Of a stretch of DNA of 64,000 bases, positions 29,405-43,069 are shown one piece after another (positions within the stretch are counted from its first letter, which is position 1; every line of letters begins with the position of its first letter). The stretch spans positions 1 through 64,000 of the forward strand of contig MNCI01002855.1 in assembly GCA_015680685.1 (NCBI GenBank), given 5' to 3'. Position numbers and translations under genes: made by a program. The notes under the pieces were generated by a model that was not told the DNA's origin, ran no database searches, and worked only from the letters and a program-made list of their open reading frames with translations. The DNA is from Gnetum montanum (taxonomy: Eukaryota; Plantae; Gnetophyta).

Positions 29405-29578
29405 AACCCAATGCTGGGATTACTACTGCTTTAGCATCTCCTCCGTCAGCACTGCAGCACGTGCCTCTGATTCATCTGTGCTCTTGGTCACCCTGCAGTA
29501 GTAATCCGGGTACTCGCTGTGCTTTATTATGTTCATCAGCTGCACTGTGGCCATGGCCAGCACACAAGCGTTGCCCTT
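29405..29578 (-). pseudogene. Chalcone-synthase-like (type III polyketide synthase) N-terminal fragment
   Basis: Minus strand reads KGNACVLAMATVQLMNIIKHSEYPDYYCRVTKSTDESEARAAVLTEEMLKQ** then, after a 4-nt shift, NPSIG. This matches the CHS consensus GPA.VLAIGTA.P.N...Q..YPDYYFR.T.S...LTEEILK.NP. No start codon, internal deletion, no catalytic core. Confidence 0.75.
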
Positions 29579-29677
29579 TGAAAAAACTTATTTTGATTTT
29601 ATTACATCCATAGACCAAAAATGATCTATTGTATAGAAAGTACACTCATCTCATGAAAAATAAAAATAAATTCAAAA

Positions 29678-31475
29678 TTATTCAGTAACATTGTTGCTTA
29701 TTTCCAGTTCATTGTTGCTCATTTCCAGTTCTGTGTTTGCTCTCTCCATTCCCTGCCTTGCATCTTTCACAGTATCTTTGTAGATTTCATATATGATAGC
29801 AGCTATAGATGTTATGAAAGCATAGTCTACATTTTCTTGCAGGTGGATGTCCATTGCATCTATATCTCCGTTTGAGCCAGTTTGCATATTCATCTGTTGA
29901 AGTTGAAAATGATAATTACAGTCATTAGCGAAATCAACTTAAAAAAATTATAGAGTTGCAAGCAGTGCCTCACTTCCACTTATGAAAAGCTAAACATATC
30001 AATCTTTGTTCTATTAAATTTTGTTATATAAGCACTTAATATATTACATTTAAAATTTGGCTAATACTTTAGGGAGTTTTGGAAAACTCAATATTTTATG
30101 ATATACTTTTTATTTTTTTATTTTTTAGGTATTAGTGGAACCTTAGCCCAACTTCTAAGCGAAAAAAAGTTGATTTAGTCCGAATGTTACAAAGATGCTT
30201 TTAAGATGTACCTTTTTACTGTCCAATAGACGCAAAAGGTATACAGAATTTATAAAATATGAATTTCATTTTCAATGTCATTACAACGAATTAGCAGAAC
30301 AGAAATTACAATTACAATTCTATGAGCTATACATTCCGATACAATTACAACCCCATGCTCTTACCATTATAAGTTCCGGAACTTAATTATAATAAAGTTA
30401 TAGTTCCAACTATAATTAATTAATTATAATGAATGAAAAGAGGAAATGTAACATGATTTTTTTTTTTGGGTTTGCTTGGGAGTTTTTTAGATGGGTAAAA
30501 TGATACAGTGAAGTTGCGGGTGGATTGTTAATCATGTGCTTACGGATCTTTACGCTATTTCTCTGTTTCAAAACAAAATTTAATATTCAAAGATTGGCTG
30601 AATTCTATTCTAAGGATTTGGAGGTAATAAGACTGTACTCTGTGTAATTCTGTGTAATTTATATATATATAAAAAAAAAAAACCTTTTTTCGTTTCAAAT
30701 CTAAATTTGGTACCTGGATGGCTAAATACAGAGAAATTAACCAACCTCTGCAAAGATTGTATCACTGGAAGTGAACTGGAAGGTTCCCCGCTTCAAACAA
30801 GCAACTCTAACATTGGGATGTGAATCATCATGAGGGCCACCACCCAGAAATACGTCAACAATTGGCCTCTCATGCTTAGATGAGTACGTTACAAATGACA
30901 CATCATCTGAACTACTTTTTAATAATGATCTCTCTGCTTTCCCTTTGATTCCCAGCCATGATTCCTTGCCAAATGCCTGCATAATTCTATTTAATAAGTA
31001 AGAGGCAAAAAGTAGCCATTCAAAACAGACAAATTAAGAAAAAAGGTTTATTTTCTGGAGCTTCAATACTAAATAAAAAGGATCTCTTGAAGCCTCAATA
31101 ATAATAATTTCAGCAAGCAGGCCCAAGAGGGTCCATGAATGGGCGAAAACCAAGCTTACTCTTTTTAAGTGGTTGCCCTTAACCTTAAAAATTAAGTAAA
31201 CACAGTATACTTAATAACATGCCATCTAGGAAAAAGATTTGTATTAGGAAAAAGATTTGTATTAGTACCTTCTCCGCTTTGACAGTAAAGATAGGATAGT
31301 TTGACACATCACTGATTATGGTGCGGCGATGAAAGGAGGTGGTACTGCTTGAAATATCAAGAAGAAACTTATTGTTTGCATTGTCGATGGCACTGAATCC
31401 TCCTCCTTTTTTCTTCAACAATGTTACGACAATCGGTGTTGCGCTGCAAAACCTTTCTCCGGAAACTTGACCTTC
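29678..31475 (-). CDS. LURP-one-related (LOR / Tubby C-terminal-like) protein; three exons found, initial exon not identified
   Basis: Exons 31475-31269 (EGQVSGERFCSATPIVVTLLKK...SFHRRTIISDVSNYPIFTVKAEK), 30976-30746 (..ESWLGIKG..VDVFLGG..TIFAE) and 29893-29678 (..ENVDYAFITSIAAIIYEI..*). All phase 0 with GT-AG introns. Matches family motifs .G.xFC..P, SLHxxRxLxD, DVFL and NVDYAFI. Confidence 0.8.
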
Positions 31476-31539
31476 CTGTTAGTGGCTTCAAGATTGTCAT
31501 AATGATATACTTTAGTGGTGGAGTCTTATCTTTGGTTTT

Positions 31540-31715
31540 TCTTTTCATTCAAAGAGATTCTTTGAGGGACCCATGACAAACACTGTTTTTTCTTCCCATT
31601 CAAAAAGATTTTTTGAGGGACCTTTAATCATGACAACACACTCTGTTTTTTCCTTTTGTTTTTTTGTTTTTTCCTTTTGTTTTTTCTTCCCACTCACAGA
31701 TTCTTTGAGGGACCA
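31540..31715. repeat. Short degenerate repeat x3 upstream of the LOR exon
   Basis: AGATT(C/T)TTTGAGGGACC at ~31555, ~31606 and ~31698. Confidence 0.65.
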
Positions 31716-32429
31716 TAGGAACCTGGCCCTAAGACTTCACTTGGCAGCTACCTTAAAAAAGGAGATGAAGCATAGAAGAATGAACATGGAACCTTTAGTT
31801 AATGTCATGGATAATGAAAGATATGATAGTCTCTGAAAATCAAAGTCGCCATGCAGGAGTTTGGGCGGGCTTGCTTTTGAGGACTCTACCAGTACTGTCC
31901 ATCAATGTTTATCCATGAGTGGCGCACTATTTGTGTATGTTTTTGAACACATTCACATGTATTTACATTGCAGCTATGTGGTTGAGGCAAAAATACAATA
32001 TTACTGCAAACAATTTGTATGATTCTTTTTTATATATCCAATGGTGATGATTAGTCACTTTGTTGAGTTAATTTTGGTTTTCCGTAATATGAATGTATTG
32101 GCTAATAGATCCTATGAGTCTACTAACTTAATAAGATCTTAGTTCAATTTCATAAATAGATTTCTTGCCATGTTTATTTTTTACAGATTCATGGGTGTTC
32201 TATAGTGCATTGGTTAAGATTTTTTTTTTTTACAAGGGAGCTTGCGATTGGATACCTCTATTCCTTACCATGATACATGGACTCCTATCCCTTCCCAATC
32301 ACAAGTTAGAAGGGCATAAAAAACAATATTTCTTTAACGCCAATAAATTAGTGGGATTTTATTAAACAAAATTGTAAAATAGAAATATAAATTATAAGGC
32401 TAATAAGTTTTTTAAAAAATCATATAATA

Positions 32430-32893
32430 GGGATGGGTTCTTACAAGATTGGAAGTCCAAGTCAACCCATGTTCTTACCCTTGAGGGTATTGATCCTAGT
32501 CTAAATTGACCCTATTTTGAGATGATGTTCTTATCCTCAAGAGTAACTTGGCAAACTGGACAAAGTTTTAAACAAGCCATGCTAATCGCCAAGGTAGAAA
32601 CCATTGGTAGGGATGAGTTCTTATAGGACTAGTAGACTACTTTGTTGTTTATCCTAAAAAGCGCCAAAAGTCCAAGCTAGACCGATGTTCTTATCCTTGA
32701 GGGTACTGATTGTAGTTTATCTTAGAAAATGCCAGATAGGACAAAGTTTTAAACAAAACAACCTAACCACCAAGGTAGAAACTACTAGTAGGGATCGGTT
32801 CTTATAGGACTAGTAGACCAATTTATTATTGATCTTAAAAAGCACCAGAAGTCCAAGCTAGATCAATGTTCTTATCCTCAGGAGTACCTTGGC
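32430..32893. repeat. Degenerate ~180-bp tandem repeat (~2.5 copies)
   Basis: GGGAT..GTTCTTA at ~32430, 32610 and 32791. AGTCCAAG...TGTTCTTA.CCT repeats in each unit. Confidence 0.75.
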
Positions 32894-34699
32894 TACTCTC
32901 ATTCTTTGATGGCAGAAAGAAAATTATGGTAAAAATAAGCACTATAGGAAGTCTAGCTTTGCAACACTAGCAATTTTTAGCATAGAACATTTGTTGAGGA
33001 AATGTAGAATGGTAGAGACCTATTACAAATCCTTGTATATTATTGAAGTTTTATTAGGTAATAAACTTAAAATATCAAACATTACATTTGTATTATTAAA
33101 ATTAAATATCGAGACACAACAAAGTAGCCAACTAATAGTGGATTTAACAAGAAAAAATTGTATGTTCTTTTTGTTACAATATTATGTTTTTGTCTCAAAT
33201 TTTCAATGTAAAGGTGATTAAGAAAAACATGTTGCTCATCTTCATGATCTTTTAACCCACAGAATCTATATTTACATTCTTCTCTAGAAACTTACATTTA
33301 TCTTTTACTTTCTATTTTAAGATAATGTGAATTCAAACAAAGTTTGCTAATGAAAATGCAACATCTTATTAGAAGTATAATGAGCTCTTGAATTTAACTA
33401 ATTACCTTTTATGCATTCTAATTTTTGTGGTTTGGGTTACTTTGGATCTCCTCTATTAAGATATCCCAAGTCTTCAAGCATTGCATCTCTTAAAAATACC
33501 ATCCATGCTTTTTTGGACCTTCAAGAACTATTGTTTAAAATTTGTTTTGTTTTGTTTTGGATAATTTCTTAGTATAAGCAATGAATTAACAAATAGCTTC
33601 TACTTCTAAAGGAAGTAAATTACACTAACAAAATCATGGAATAAGGTGTTGGAACTTTAACCTTTAATTCATCAAGTAAAAAAATATCTTATGTACTCTT
33701 TCACTAGCCTTCCAATTTTTTGTACTAAGACCTTGTCCCCAAACTATGCATCTATATAACATAATAGGATAAATGATTAGTTGAAAGATTTGTTTTCTGA
33801 CCTTCCAAGCTTAAACTATTTGTAGGAAAACATGCCTTCTTGGTGGATCGAATGTTGTTTTCTTCTAAAATGAGGGCCGAAGGAGCATGAAGATCCTTAT
33901 GAGTTTCATGCTATCTTAACCATCATCAAAGAACCACATGACCTTGATTGCTTGTAAACCTCTGCACAAGGATATGTAGGCTTACTGGGGAAGTTTTGCA
34001 CCTTTAGCTCAAGCCATTGCCCCACTATATAGAGTGGAGCTTAGGGCTAGTTTGCATAACCTAGGATCAGTCTTCATGAGGTGTCATGGTGTTTGGGTTT
34101 GGGGTCATGTTGTATGTTGGTGTGTCATACGTGTGTGTATATGTTTTTCCTAGGTCTTTATGTTTGCACATTGCCTAAAGCATTCTCACCATGTTTCTAA
34201 AAATCTTCTAATAAGTGCCATGACTCTATTGTGCTTGCAAGCATTGTGAACATTAAGGGATGGTTCACCTTGAGTCCACTCTCCTTTCATAGCTAATTTG
34301 GGACTCTTGGATGGTGTTGTGCAATGCTTTTCAAGGGTAGTGTCATAACACTCCTAATGCCTTACATTTATTTTTAATTACATAGATAACTTTTATCCCT
34401 CCTGCTATTCTTTTTTTAATGCATCTTAATTATTCACTTATTGAAGATTCAAGTCTCTAAAAAAGTCCACATTTTGTATATTTCGATCATTAATTTTAAA
34501 ATTATACTATGTGTTTCTTATGTCCCATATCATCATTTTAGTTTTCTATACATCAATATGCAAACCAAAAGAAATACAAAATTATTCTAAAATTTGTAGC
34601 ATATTAAATATACCTTTCTCAAAAGTAGATATTAAAGTAGCGTCATCTACATAAAGAAGTAGGTGCATTGCTTGGGAACCTAGTTTTACCACATGTCTA

Positions 34700-36034
34700 T
34701 GTTGTACCCACTTTGGCTTTTCTACAAGTTAGAGTTCTAAATACACTTAACATCTTCAGTAGCACAAGTTTAGCTAAAAAGCCTTGATTATGATAACCCG
34801 CATTGTCACCGGTGTCATTATTAGGCATCATTTCTAGAATATTCGAAATTTAAAGTCCTAAGTAATCCATGATATCATTTTTGGTTACTTGTCTTTAGGC
34901 TCCAATTTCGACATGCAACATCCTCTTTTGTGTTGATTCTGACTTGCAATTTCAACATTGATCTTACTTCATGTCATTTTTCAACACTTTTAGTTTTGAT
35001 GTTGTTCTACCTTTTGATATCAAGCATTACTCTTTTGCATCGACTTCAACTTCATATGTCATTTCTTCTATTTTAGAAGTTTTTGTGGTTCCTAATTCAC
35101 AATTCCTTCATGATCTATGAGGCATTTTTGACCTATAAATAGGAGCACATTCCCAATGAAGAAGGGGTTGGACATCTCAAAAAGAAAGAGAATATTAGAC
35201 AACATCGTTCTTAGCAATAGTATCTTTTTAATCATCAAAATGTCTAAGCACTTCTAACCATTTCCAAAGCATTTGATCTTCCTTTTGTCTTTCTCTATTC
35301 GCACATATTATATTTGCATCATGTTATCCTCCTAACTCATGCTGATTTTATTTGGATCTAGATCCACACATCAATCCAATTCAACACTTTTCCTATCTCG
35401 CCAGTTTCACCTCTACAATAGCTTTGTCTCTTGAGTGAGATTTTTCATTAAGCATATATATCAAAGAGAAATAGGGTAACAAAGCTCCTCATCTTTTGTC
35501 TCTAATCCTCAATTTAATCTCTAGGATTTCTGTTGCTCTTTTCTAGGTTCTTCCTTGGTTACTTTATTTGTTCTCTTATAGAATTTGTTTACATCATGCT
35601 TTGTAACATTTGATTTAGTAATAAAATTTATTTAAATAGTTCCTAGATCTAGTATTTGTTATGCTATAGATTTTATTGTACCTTATCTTTCTTGCATTGA
35701 TTCTGGTTTGATTTGCTCTTCTCTTTTGAGATTCTTGTCTTGTGCATGAAATAAGAATAGCCTACCTACATCTACATCTAAATTCCTAACAAATGTTTAC
35801 GTTGCATTACTGTCATCTTTGCAATTTAAAAATATTTATATCTTCAATTTGTATTTCACACAAATATAACTTAGGTTATTAGTTTATTAATGACCTAGAA
35901 GTGCCCTTTCAATTTGAGAATATGTTTTTAGATCGTTTGGTGGCCACAAAATTCCTAGCTCATTTTGTACAAGGTTGTTGTGAACTCAATTATGATAATT
36001 TTCACCACAACATTTTTTTGGCACTATAAGAAGG
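34700..36034 (+). mobile_element. Putative 5' LTR (34700-36012) plus PBS-like site of an old Tat/Ogre-like gypsy element
   Basis: TGTTGT...ACAACA terminal inverted hexamers, CCTATAAATAGG near 35132, and TGGCACTATAAGAAGG right after the LTR end. Confidence 0.5.
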
Positions 36035-37196
36035 ATCGATTTGATAGAAACTAGGCTTTGTTTCTATAGAATTTGGCAACTAATATGCTTAAGTCATTTT
36101 CTATGTCTTTTGTCATAACTTTTGATATCATGTTAATAATTCCTATTAAAATGGTGTTTTATCATAACTTGTTTATTTTGACATTTCTTTCTATCCTTAG
36201 ATCTTTTCTTTTTTAGGAAATCAAAGCATTGGTAACAACCCATACGTATTTATGATTATGAGCAAATCATTTCATGTCATGACATCATCATCAAGCACTA
36301 ATTTCTTTACACTTGATATAAGGTGAAACTAGAGATTCCTTGAAGAATTGAGCTAGAGAAACTATAAGATAGCTTGTGCTAAAAGGAAACTTGGTTATGT
36401 GTATTCCCTAGAAATGTTGAAAATGATGTTGTAATATGAAAGTACTAATAACTTGCTATCTTTTCTACTTGATCAAAACAATCCTATGAAGCCTAATTTT
36501 AGTAAAGCAAAAGAAGTTGTTGAGTTTATTATGGAATAAGAAACAATACATTAGGAGATTTACTTAAAAATAGATGAAGCTAGGATGAAGGCCATCCTAG
36601 ACCAACCTCTTAATCCCAACATCATTGTTAGGGGAAAAAGAGGAAGCATAGCCTTATAGTTTGACATTCATTTGAATGAGGAAGATGAAAAATGTAACAT
36701 CTTGCCCTAGCTAGGGTAGGGTGGTGCATAGGATCACTAGTAATCTTACAATGAAAGCATGATAAACTAAAAACTAATGATGTGTAGAGATGCGTTATAT
36801 TAAGGAAGGTCAAACTGCACAACAAACCATGCCAACCCAAAAACTAAACATACATGTCGATTTATAAAACTACATGTCTCTATAGAATCCAATAATCTCC
36901 ACTACTCTTATATGATACAAAAGTACATAAACATCAGCATATATTTAGAAGAGTGCAAAGAGTTTCATACAAATACATTAACCAACCATTGAAGATTCTT
37001 CCCTTCTCTACTCTCTCCCTCCATGCTCGTTTGTGCTCTTACAACTTCCACTTGTAATTAAACAAAGTCTGTATAAAACTGAATGGGAAGCCTTTACACT
37101 TCCCCTAGTAGATAGTTGACAAGTACTGCACAGGAGGAGAGGAGTGGGGTACAAGGCAACCTACAACAACTATTAGTCTTGCACATGCGTAAAACA

Positions 37197-37212
37197 ACAC
37201 ACACACACACAC

Positions 37213-37246
<34 letters not shown>
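37197..37246. repeat. (CA)n microsatellite
   Basis: About 25 CA units with one interruption. Confidence 0.95.
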
Positions 37247-37274
37247 CATATCACACATGTCACTAGAAAAATCA

Positions 37275-40200
37275 TTATCATAGAGAATCTTTACTAGTTT
37301 CTCAACATAACTGACATTAGATTGTAGCTGTATCCCTGAATGATCAATCACATGATGTTCATAAGGCACATAACGTCATAGCATAGATACATGAAACACC
37401 TCATGTACATGTGCTAAATGAGGAGGTAATGCTATCTAATAGGCCACTCTCCCAATTCTCTGCAACATTGAAAAGGACCAATGTAACTAGGAGCCAATTT
37501 CCCTTTTTGAACAAATTAGGTAAGGCCCTTTAAGGGAGAAACACACAAAAAAACATGATTCTCAACCGCAAACTCAAATGGCCTTTGATGCTAATTAGCA
37601 TATGCCACTTGCCTATCTTATGCAGCTCTTAATCTTTCTCAAATCTCACAAACTTGCTTTGTAGTCTATCTCACCAAATCTGTGCTCACCTGCTAATAAT
37701 CTTCTATGGTATCCTAGCATAAAGGTGTTCTACATGACCTACCATATAAAATCTCATATGGTGCTACCCACAAACTCTTTTGATAACTATTATTTATATG
37801 CAAATTCAGCTAATGCTAGCATCTAATCCCAACCATCTCTATATTGTAAAGCACAGGCTCTTAATATGTCCTTGAGAATTTGATTCACCTACTCAATCTA
37901 ACCATCAATTTGTGGATGATATGCTGAACTCATATTTAGCTTTGTATCCATCGCCTTTTGAAATGCCTGCTAAAAACATGAAATGAATTGAGCATCTCTA
38001 TCACTAATAATCCATTGTGGCACCCTATGCAACTGCACTATCTTTACAAGAAAGAGATGTGTAGTTTCTACTACACTCACTGATGCTCTTGTGGCAAGGA
38101 AATAGAAAAACTTTATCAACAAATCAACAACTACCAATATAGCATCATGGCCACTGTGAGCTTGTGGAAGACCAACAATGAAATCCATACCAATAGCATC
38201 GCATTTCCACTGATGAGTATTGTGGAAATGCAAATATCCTCTAGGCCTCTGATGCTCTATTTCACTTCCTGGAAAATTAAACATCGAGACACATATTCCC
38301 CTACATTGCTCTTCATACCTAGCCAACAATACACCCATCATAAAGTTTGGTACATCTTCTGACTACCTAGATGCATTTGGTATATGCTCATGTGGGCCTC
38401 ATCCATTAACTATAATTGTAGAGCTTTTAGAACACATACTTGACCATCCCTTCGTAGCACTCCATGACTATCCATAGAGAGCAGTCCATCAAAGGTGATT
38501 TGTTGCCTCAATTCTTGACACCATGGATCATGTTGTTGTTTCTCTCATATCTATCCTTGTAAATTTGATTGGATTTTCAAGTTATTAAGCTTACTTGCCA
38601 CCCTACTCAAAGCATCAGCTACTTTATTAGTCTTGCTAGGCTTATATTTAATAGTGAAATTAAAGTCAGTAGGTAGGTCTATCCATCTACATTATTGCAA
38701 GTTTAATTGCAGCTAACTCATAAGAGATTGGAGGCTCTTATGGTTAGTTAAAATAGTAACTTGCATCCCATATAGATAATGCTGCCAAATCTTCAATGCA
38801 AAGATCACAACACCCAACTCTAGATCATGCATGGGATATCTAATTTCATGTGGCCTTAATTGACAGGATGCATACACCACAACCTATCCATCTTGCATTA
38901 ACACACAACCAAATCCATCGCCTGAAGCATTAGTACTAACATCATATGGTATAGGAGATATTATCACTGGAGCAATTACCAATGTATGCTTCAACTCTTC
39001 AAATGTAGCCTGACAAGCTAGGCTCTAAGTAAAGTTAGTCTCCTTCCTCAGCAATCAAGTCAAAGGAGATGTTATGCGAGAAAAATGTTTCACAAACCTC
39101 TAGTAATATCTTGCTAATCCCAAGAAGCTTCACACCTCCACTACTGATTGAAGCATAGCTAATCATGCACAACTGCAATCTTTGCAAAATCCATAGAGAT
39201 ACTAGCTCTTGAAAACACATGTCCCAAGAACTACATCTCTAACTACCAAAATGAACACTTGGATGGCTGAGCATACAGTTGGTACTCCCTCAAAGTCTAT
39301 AAGACTATTCGCAAGTGCTCTACATGCAATTTCTCATCAAGAGAATATACTAAGATATCATATACAAACATAATCACAAACTAATCTAGGAATGGTTGCA
39401 TCACATTGTTCATGAGGTGCATGAAAACTACTGGTGCATTTGTCAATCCAAATGGAAGCATCAAAAACTCATAATGGCCATATCATGTTCTAAATGTTGT
39501 CTTTGACACATCCTATTCACAAACTTGTACCTAATGATACCTAGATTTGAGATTAATCTTGGAGAATATATGAGCTCCTCGAAGTTGATCAAACAAGTCA
39601 TCAATGCATGACAAAGGATATTTATTTTTCACATTCACCTATTTTAGCGACCTATAATCTATGCATAGTCCCAAACTTCCCTACTTATTTTTAACCAATA
39701 CCATTAGTGCACCCCATGCTGATGCACTAGGGTGAATGAGACTGTTGTTTAGCAATTCCTGCAACTGGATCCTGCAACTGGATCTTTAGCTCTATTAGCT
39801 CTATGGGAGACATCCTATATGGAGTCTTTGAAATAGGTTCAGTACTAGGTTTAAGTTTGATTTTGAACTCAATGTCTTGCCGTGGTGGCAAACCTAGTAA
39901 TTCTAACTGGTAGACTAGAAAATTCTTAAACCACAGGAATATGATCTATCTCCACCATATCTATTTTATATATTGTAGCTACAAGGCATTCATGCCCTTT
40001 TTGAAGCATCCTATGATACATCCAAGAGGAGATCAAATCTAGGCACATAGTCCCTGGATGGGTTTATACCTCAATTGGAGCACCATTGATTGATTGTAGT
40101 CTTAGAAGATTTTTTCGACAATCCAAACTTGCATTGAGCTACGACAACCAATGCATCCCAAAAATTACATCATATGCCCCAAGATCCATAACATGCAAAT

Positions 40201-41357
40201 TACTAACCCACTGCACACCTTTCAATTCTACAATCACACCTATACACACTTGAATAACTCGAGTTTCATGAACCCTAGCAGAAGATACTATCAACCCAAG
40301 AGAAACAGAATGACATACAAGAGCTATATGATGTGCAACCATAGGATCTAAAAAAGAATGGCTAGTACTTGGATCAAATAAAATCAACAAATCAAAGCCC
40401 AAAATCATACCTTCCAACTCCATCACTATGTTTGGTTGCACATCTAATGGCTAGTCTATTAAAGCATACATCCATTCGTGAATCCTCTAGTTCCCTCTTC
40501 TTGGCTAAGTGATCAATGTTCCATGACCACTATAAATGGAAGGTTGTTGTCCTTGACCCCTACCTCCTCCTCCACTACTTTCATGTTTCGAGCACTCCCT
40601 AACATAGTGTCTTGGCTACCCACATACAAAATAATTCTGGTAATCCCTCTACAGATGGCCAGGCTACCCACATATATAATAAACAATCACTCCACAACTA
40701 GCGCCAGTAGTAGGACCACGAGTTGGTGTTGGGAACTCTCCTTCATGTCCATGAGCTTACTTAGAGGGGCTAGACATCTCTTCGAATGTCAGTCCTTTCT
40801 TCTGTCCTTGTCACCTCTCTCTACGAGTTGCACCTTCTTGTTGACTCCTGTCTAAATTCATGGCTACTACTCTAGCCTCATCATAAGATGTTAATTTGAG
40901 GGGTAATAGGTATTCCTTCAAAGATGGCCTTAAACATTGAACAAATCTATTCCCCCGTGCCTGAGCATCTATTTGCATTTGTGGTACATAACTACTAAGT
41001 TATGAGAAACGAGCATCATACTCCACCATAGATCAACTACCTTGATGCAAATAATAGAACTCATTCTCCTTGGCCTAAGCATATTGGGTAGACACATAAC
41101 ATGCTTTGAAAGATGTGAAAAAATCATCACATGCCACCTCTTGGCCAGTCCATCCCTTGGCTTACTCTTCAGTCATCCACCAATGTCAGGTAGTACCAAG
41201 CAACTGATAAATTGCCAAGCTAGTTTGCTAAATTGATGAATAGGCTATCAAATCAAAAGCCTTTTGTAATTCCTCTAACCATTCTATAGCTATAGTAGGA
41301 TCCTTAGTGCCATAAAATTTAGGATCCTTAGCGCCATCAAATTTAGGAGGTCCCAAC
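37275..41357 (-). pseudogene. Degenerate gag-protease-RT-RNaseH-integrase of the Tekay-type element
   Basis: LGPPKFDG (gag, ~41340); LILFDPSTSHSF and YDVIFGMHWL (protease); [16 protein letters not shown] (RT); HDLELG (RNase H); IGMDFIVGLP, IISDRDAQF, YIGPF, VHEVFHVSML (integrase). The chromodomain appears truncated. Confidence 0.9.
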
Positions 41358-42470
41358 TATTGACCTTTTGGTATGTTAAAACCTTAAGGAAAATGGAGAA
41401 AAAGAATGTTTATGTGATTTTTATGTTTATAGGACAAGAACATGGAGATCACAAGGAGAAGCTCAAAGGAGAAATGCATCTATAGGGTCTCAAGGAAGCA
41501 TGAGGTAGTTCAAAGAACATGGACAAGGAACAAAGACTTCAAAGCTCAACTTCGAAGCTTAACTATAATTAATTGTGGAAAAGGTGTTTCCATGAAACAG
41601 TAAAAGTCTTCCATCAAGTGAAGATGTCTCTCAACAATAGTAGACATCTTGGTTGAGTTGAAGGATGCTTAGAAGAGGAAGACGTCTCCCTCATGAAGTA
41701 CATGTGTTGGCTGAGTTAAAGGATGCTTAGAAGAAGATGTCTTCCTTGTGGAGAATACATCTCCCAAATGGAAGTCTGATACAAAAGACATCTCTATCTT
41801 GAAGAATATGTCTCTAATGACCATTAGATAGTCATTGCACAAATTTTGAGGTGATTTTGGAAACATCTAGGCTATAAAAGACTCCATTCTCTTAGAAAAA
41901 TAGCAAGTGTTGAATGCAAGCAAGTGTTAATATTAAGTAATCATTGTGTAAATTATCCTATTGTATTTGTGTGCTTCATTGTGCTATCTTTTGTACTAAT
42001 GTAAGAGATCTATTGTATTGTATCTCAAAGTGCAAGGACCTATAAGTTTTTTGCATCCTTTTCTTGTAATTTTTGTTCTCTTGTGTTACCCTATAGGGTT
42101 GATGTGCTTCTTGTGGGAAGGCATTGTTCTTGAGCTTGTTGATGTAGTGCCACAACACTTCAGAGCAAAGCTCAAGTTGTAAAGGCTTTGGGATTTTGGA
42201 AACCACATTCTAAGCTTGTTGGTACCTTGTGGAAACTTAGATCTGTATAGGGTGTGGTACGCTTCAAACCACATTTTTAGAGGAACAAAGTTTGGAGGTG
42301 TGCTTGCGATCTATCCTCCGAATGTGGGCTACCCAAGTTGGGGAACCATGTTAAATTTGGTTGTGATCTTTGTGGCCAAATTTTTTTTTTGTATAACTTA
42401 TTCATCATTCCTTTATAGGTTCAACAATCCTCACCAACTTTTAAATTTTCTCTACTAGTTTCCTATTGAT
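41358..42470 (+). mobile_element. SIRE-like Ty1/copia LTR inserted in the Tekay gag
   Basis: Starts TATTGACCTTTTGGTATG, homologous to the reverse complement of the 55126-56343 element. Repeated AGA(C/T)GTCT/AGACATCT motifs precede CTATAAAAG. The 3' end is approximate. Confidence 0.55.
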
Positions 42471-42777
42471 AGGTTGCCTATTTGATTCTTTTGAGCATCC
42501 ACTACCACTACCACTTTCCACTTTCCTGACTATGGGAACAAAAGCATCAGTAGCTACAACATGCTATTGCAAGATTTGTAATAGTTGTTGTATACAATCT
42601 GGTTGACTATTTTCAGGACCACTACTAGATGTTTGAGGAGGTTGCTCCAACCCATCTTTAGGCCCTTTTGATTTGTGGGTCTGACCAACATCATGGCCAT
42701 GCCTACTATACATATGTATAACTTGAAATCACAAATGGATGATTACCTCGAACATCAGACAACATTGAAGTAAACTA

Positions 42778-42789
42778 GCTCTAATACCA
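42778..42789 (-). other. Primer-binding site (tRNA-iMet) of the Tekay-type element
   Basis: Minus strand TGGTATTAGAGC (canonical TGGTATCAGAGC), 3 nt from the LTR end ...GTTACA. Confidence 0.8.
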
Positions 42790-43069
42790 CAATGTAACAC
42801 CCTGCCCTAGCTAGGGCAAGGTGATGCTTAGGATCACTAGTAATCTTACAATGGAAACATGATAAACTAAAAGCTAATGATGTGTAGAAATATGTTATAT
42901 TAAGGAAGGTCAAATTGCACAACAAACCATGCTAACCCAAAAATTAAACATACATGCTAACCCAAAAATTAAACATACATGTTGATTTATAAAATTTCAT
43001 GTCTCTACATAATCCAACAATCTACACTGCTAAGTTTGAATGCTTGTTACTGCATGCATGGCCACACAC

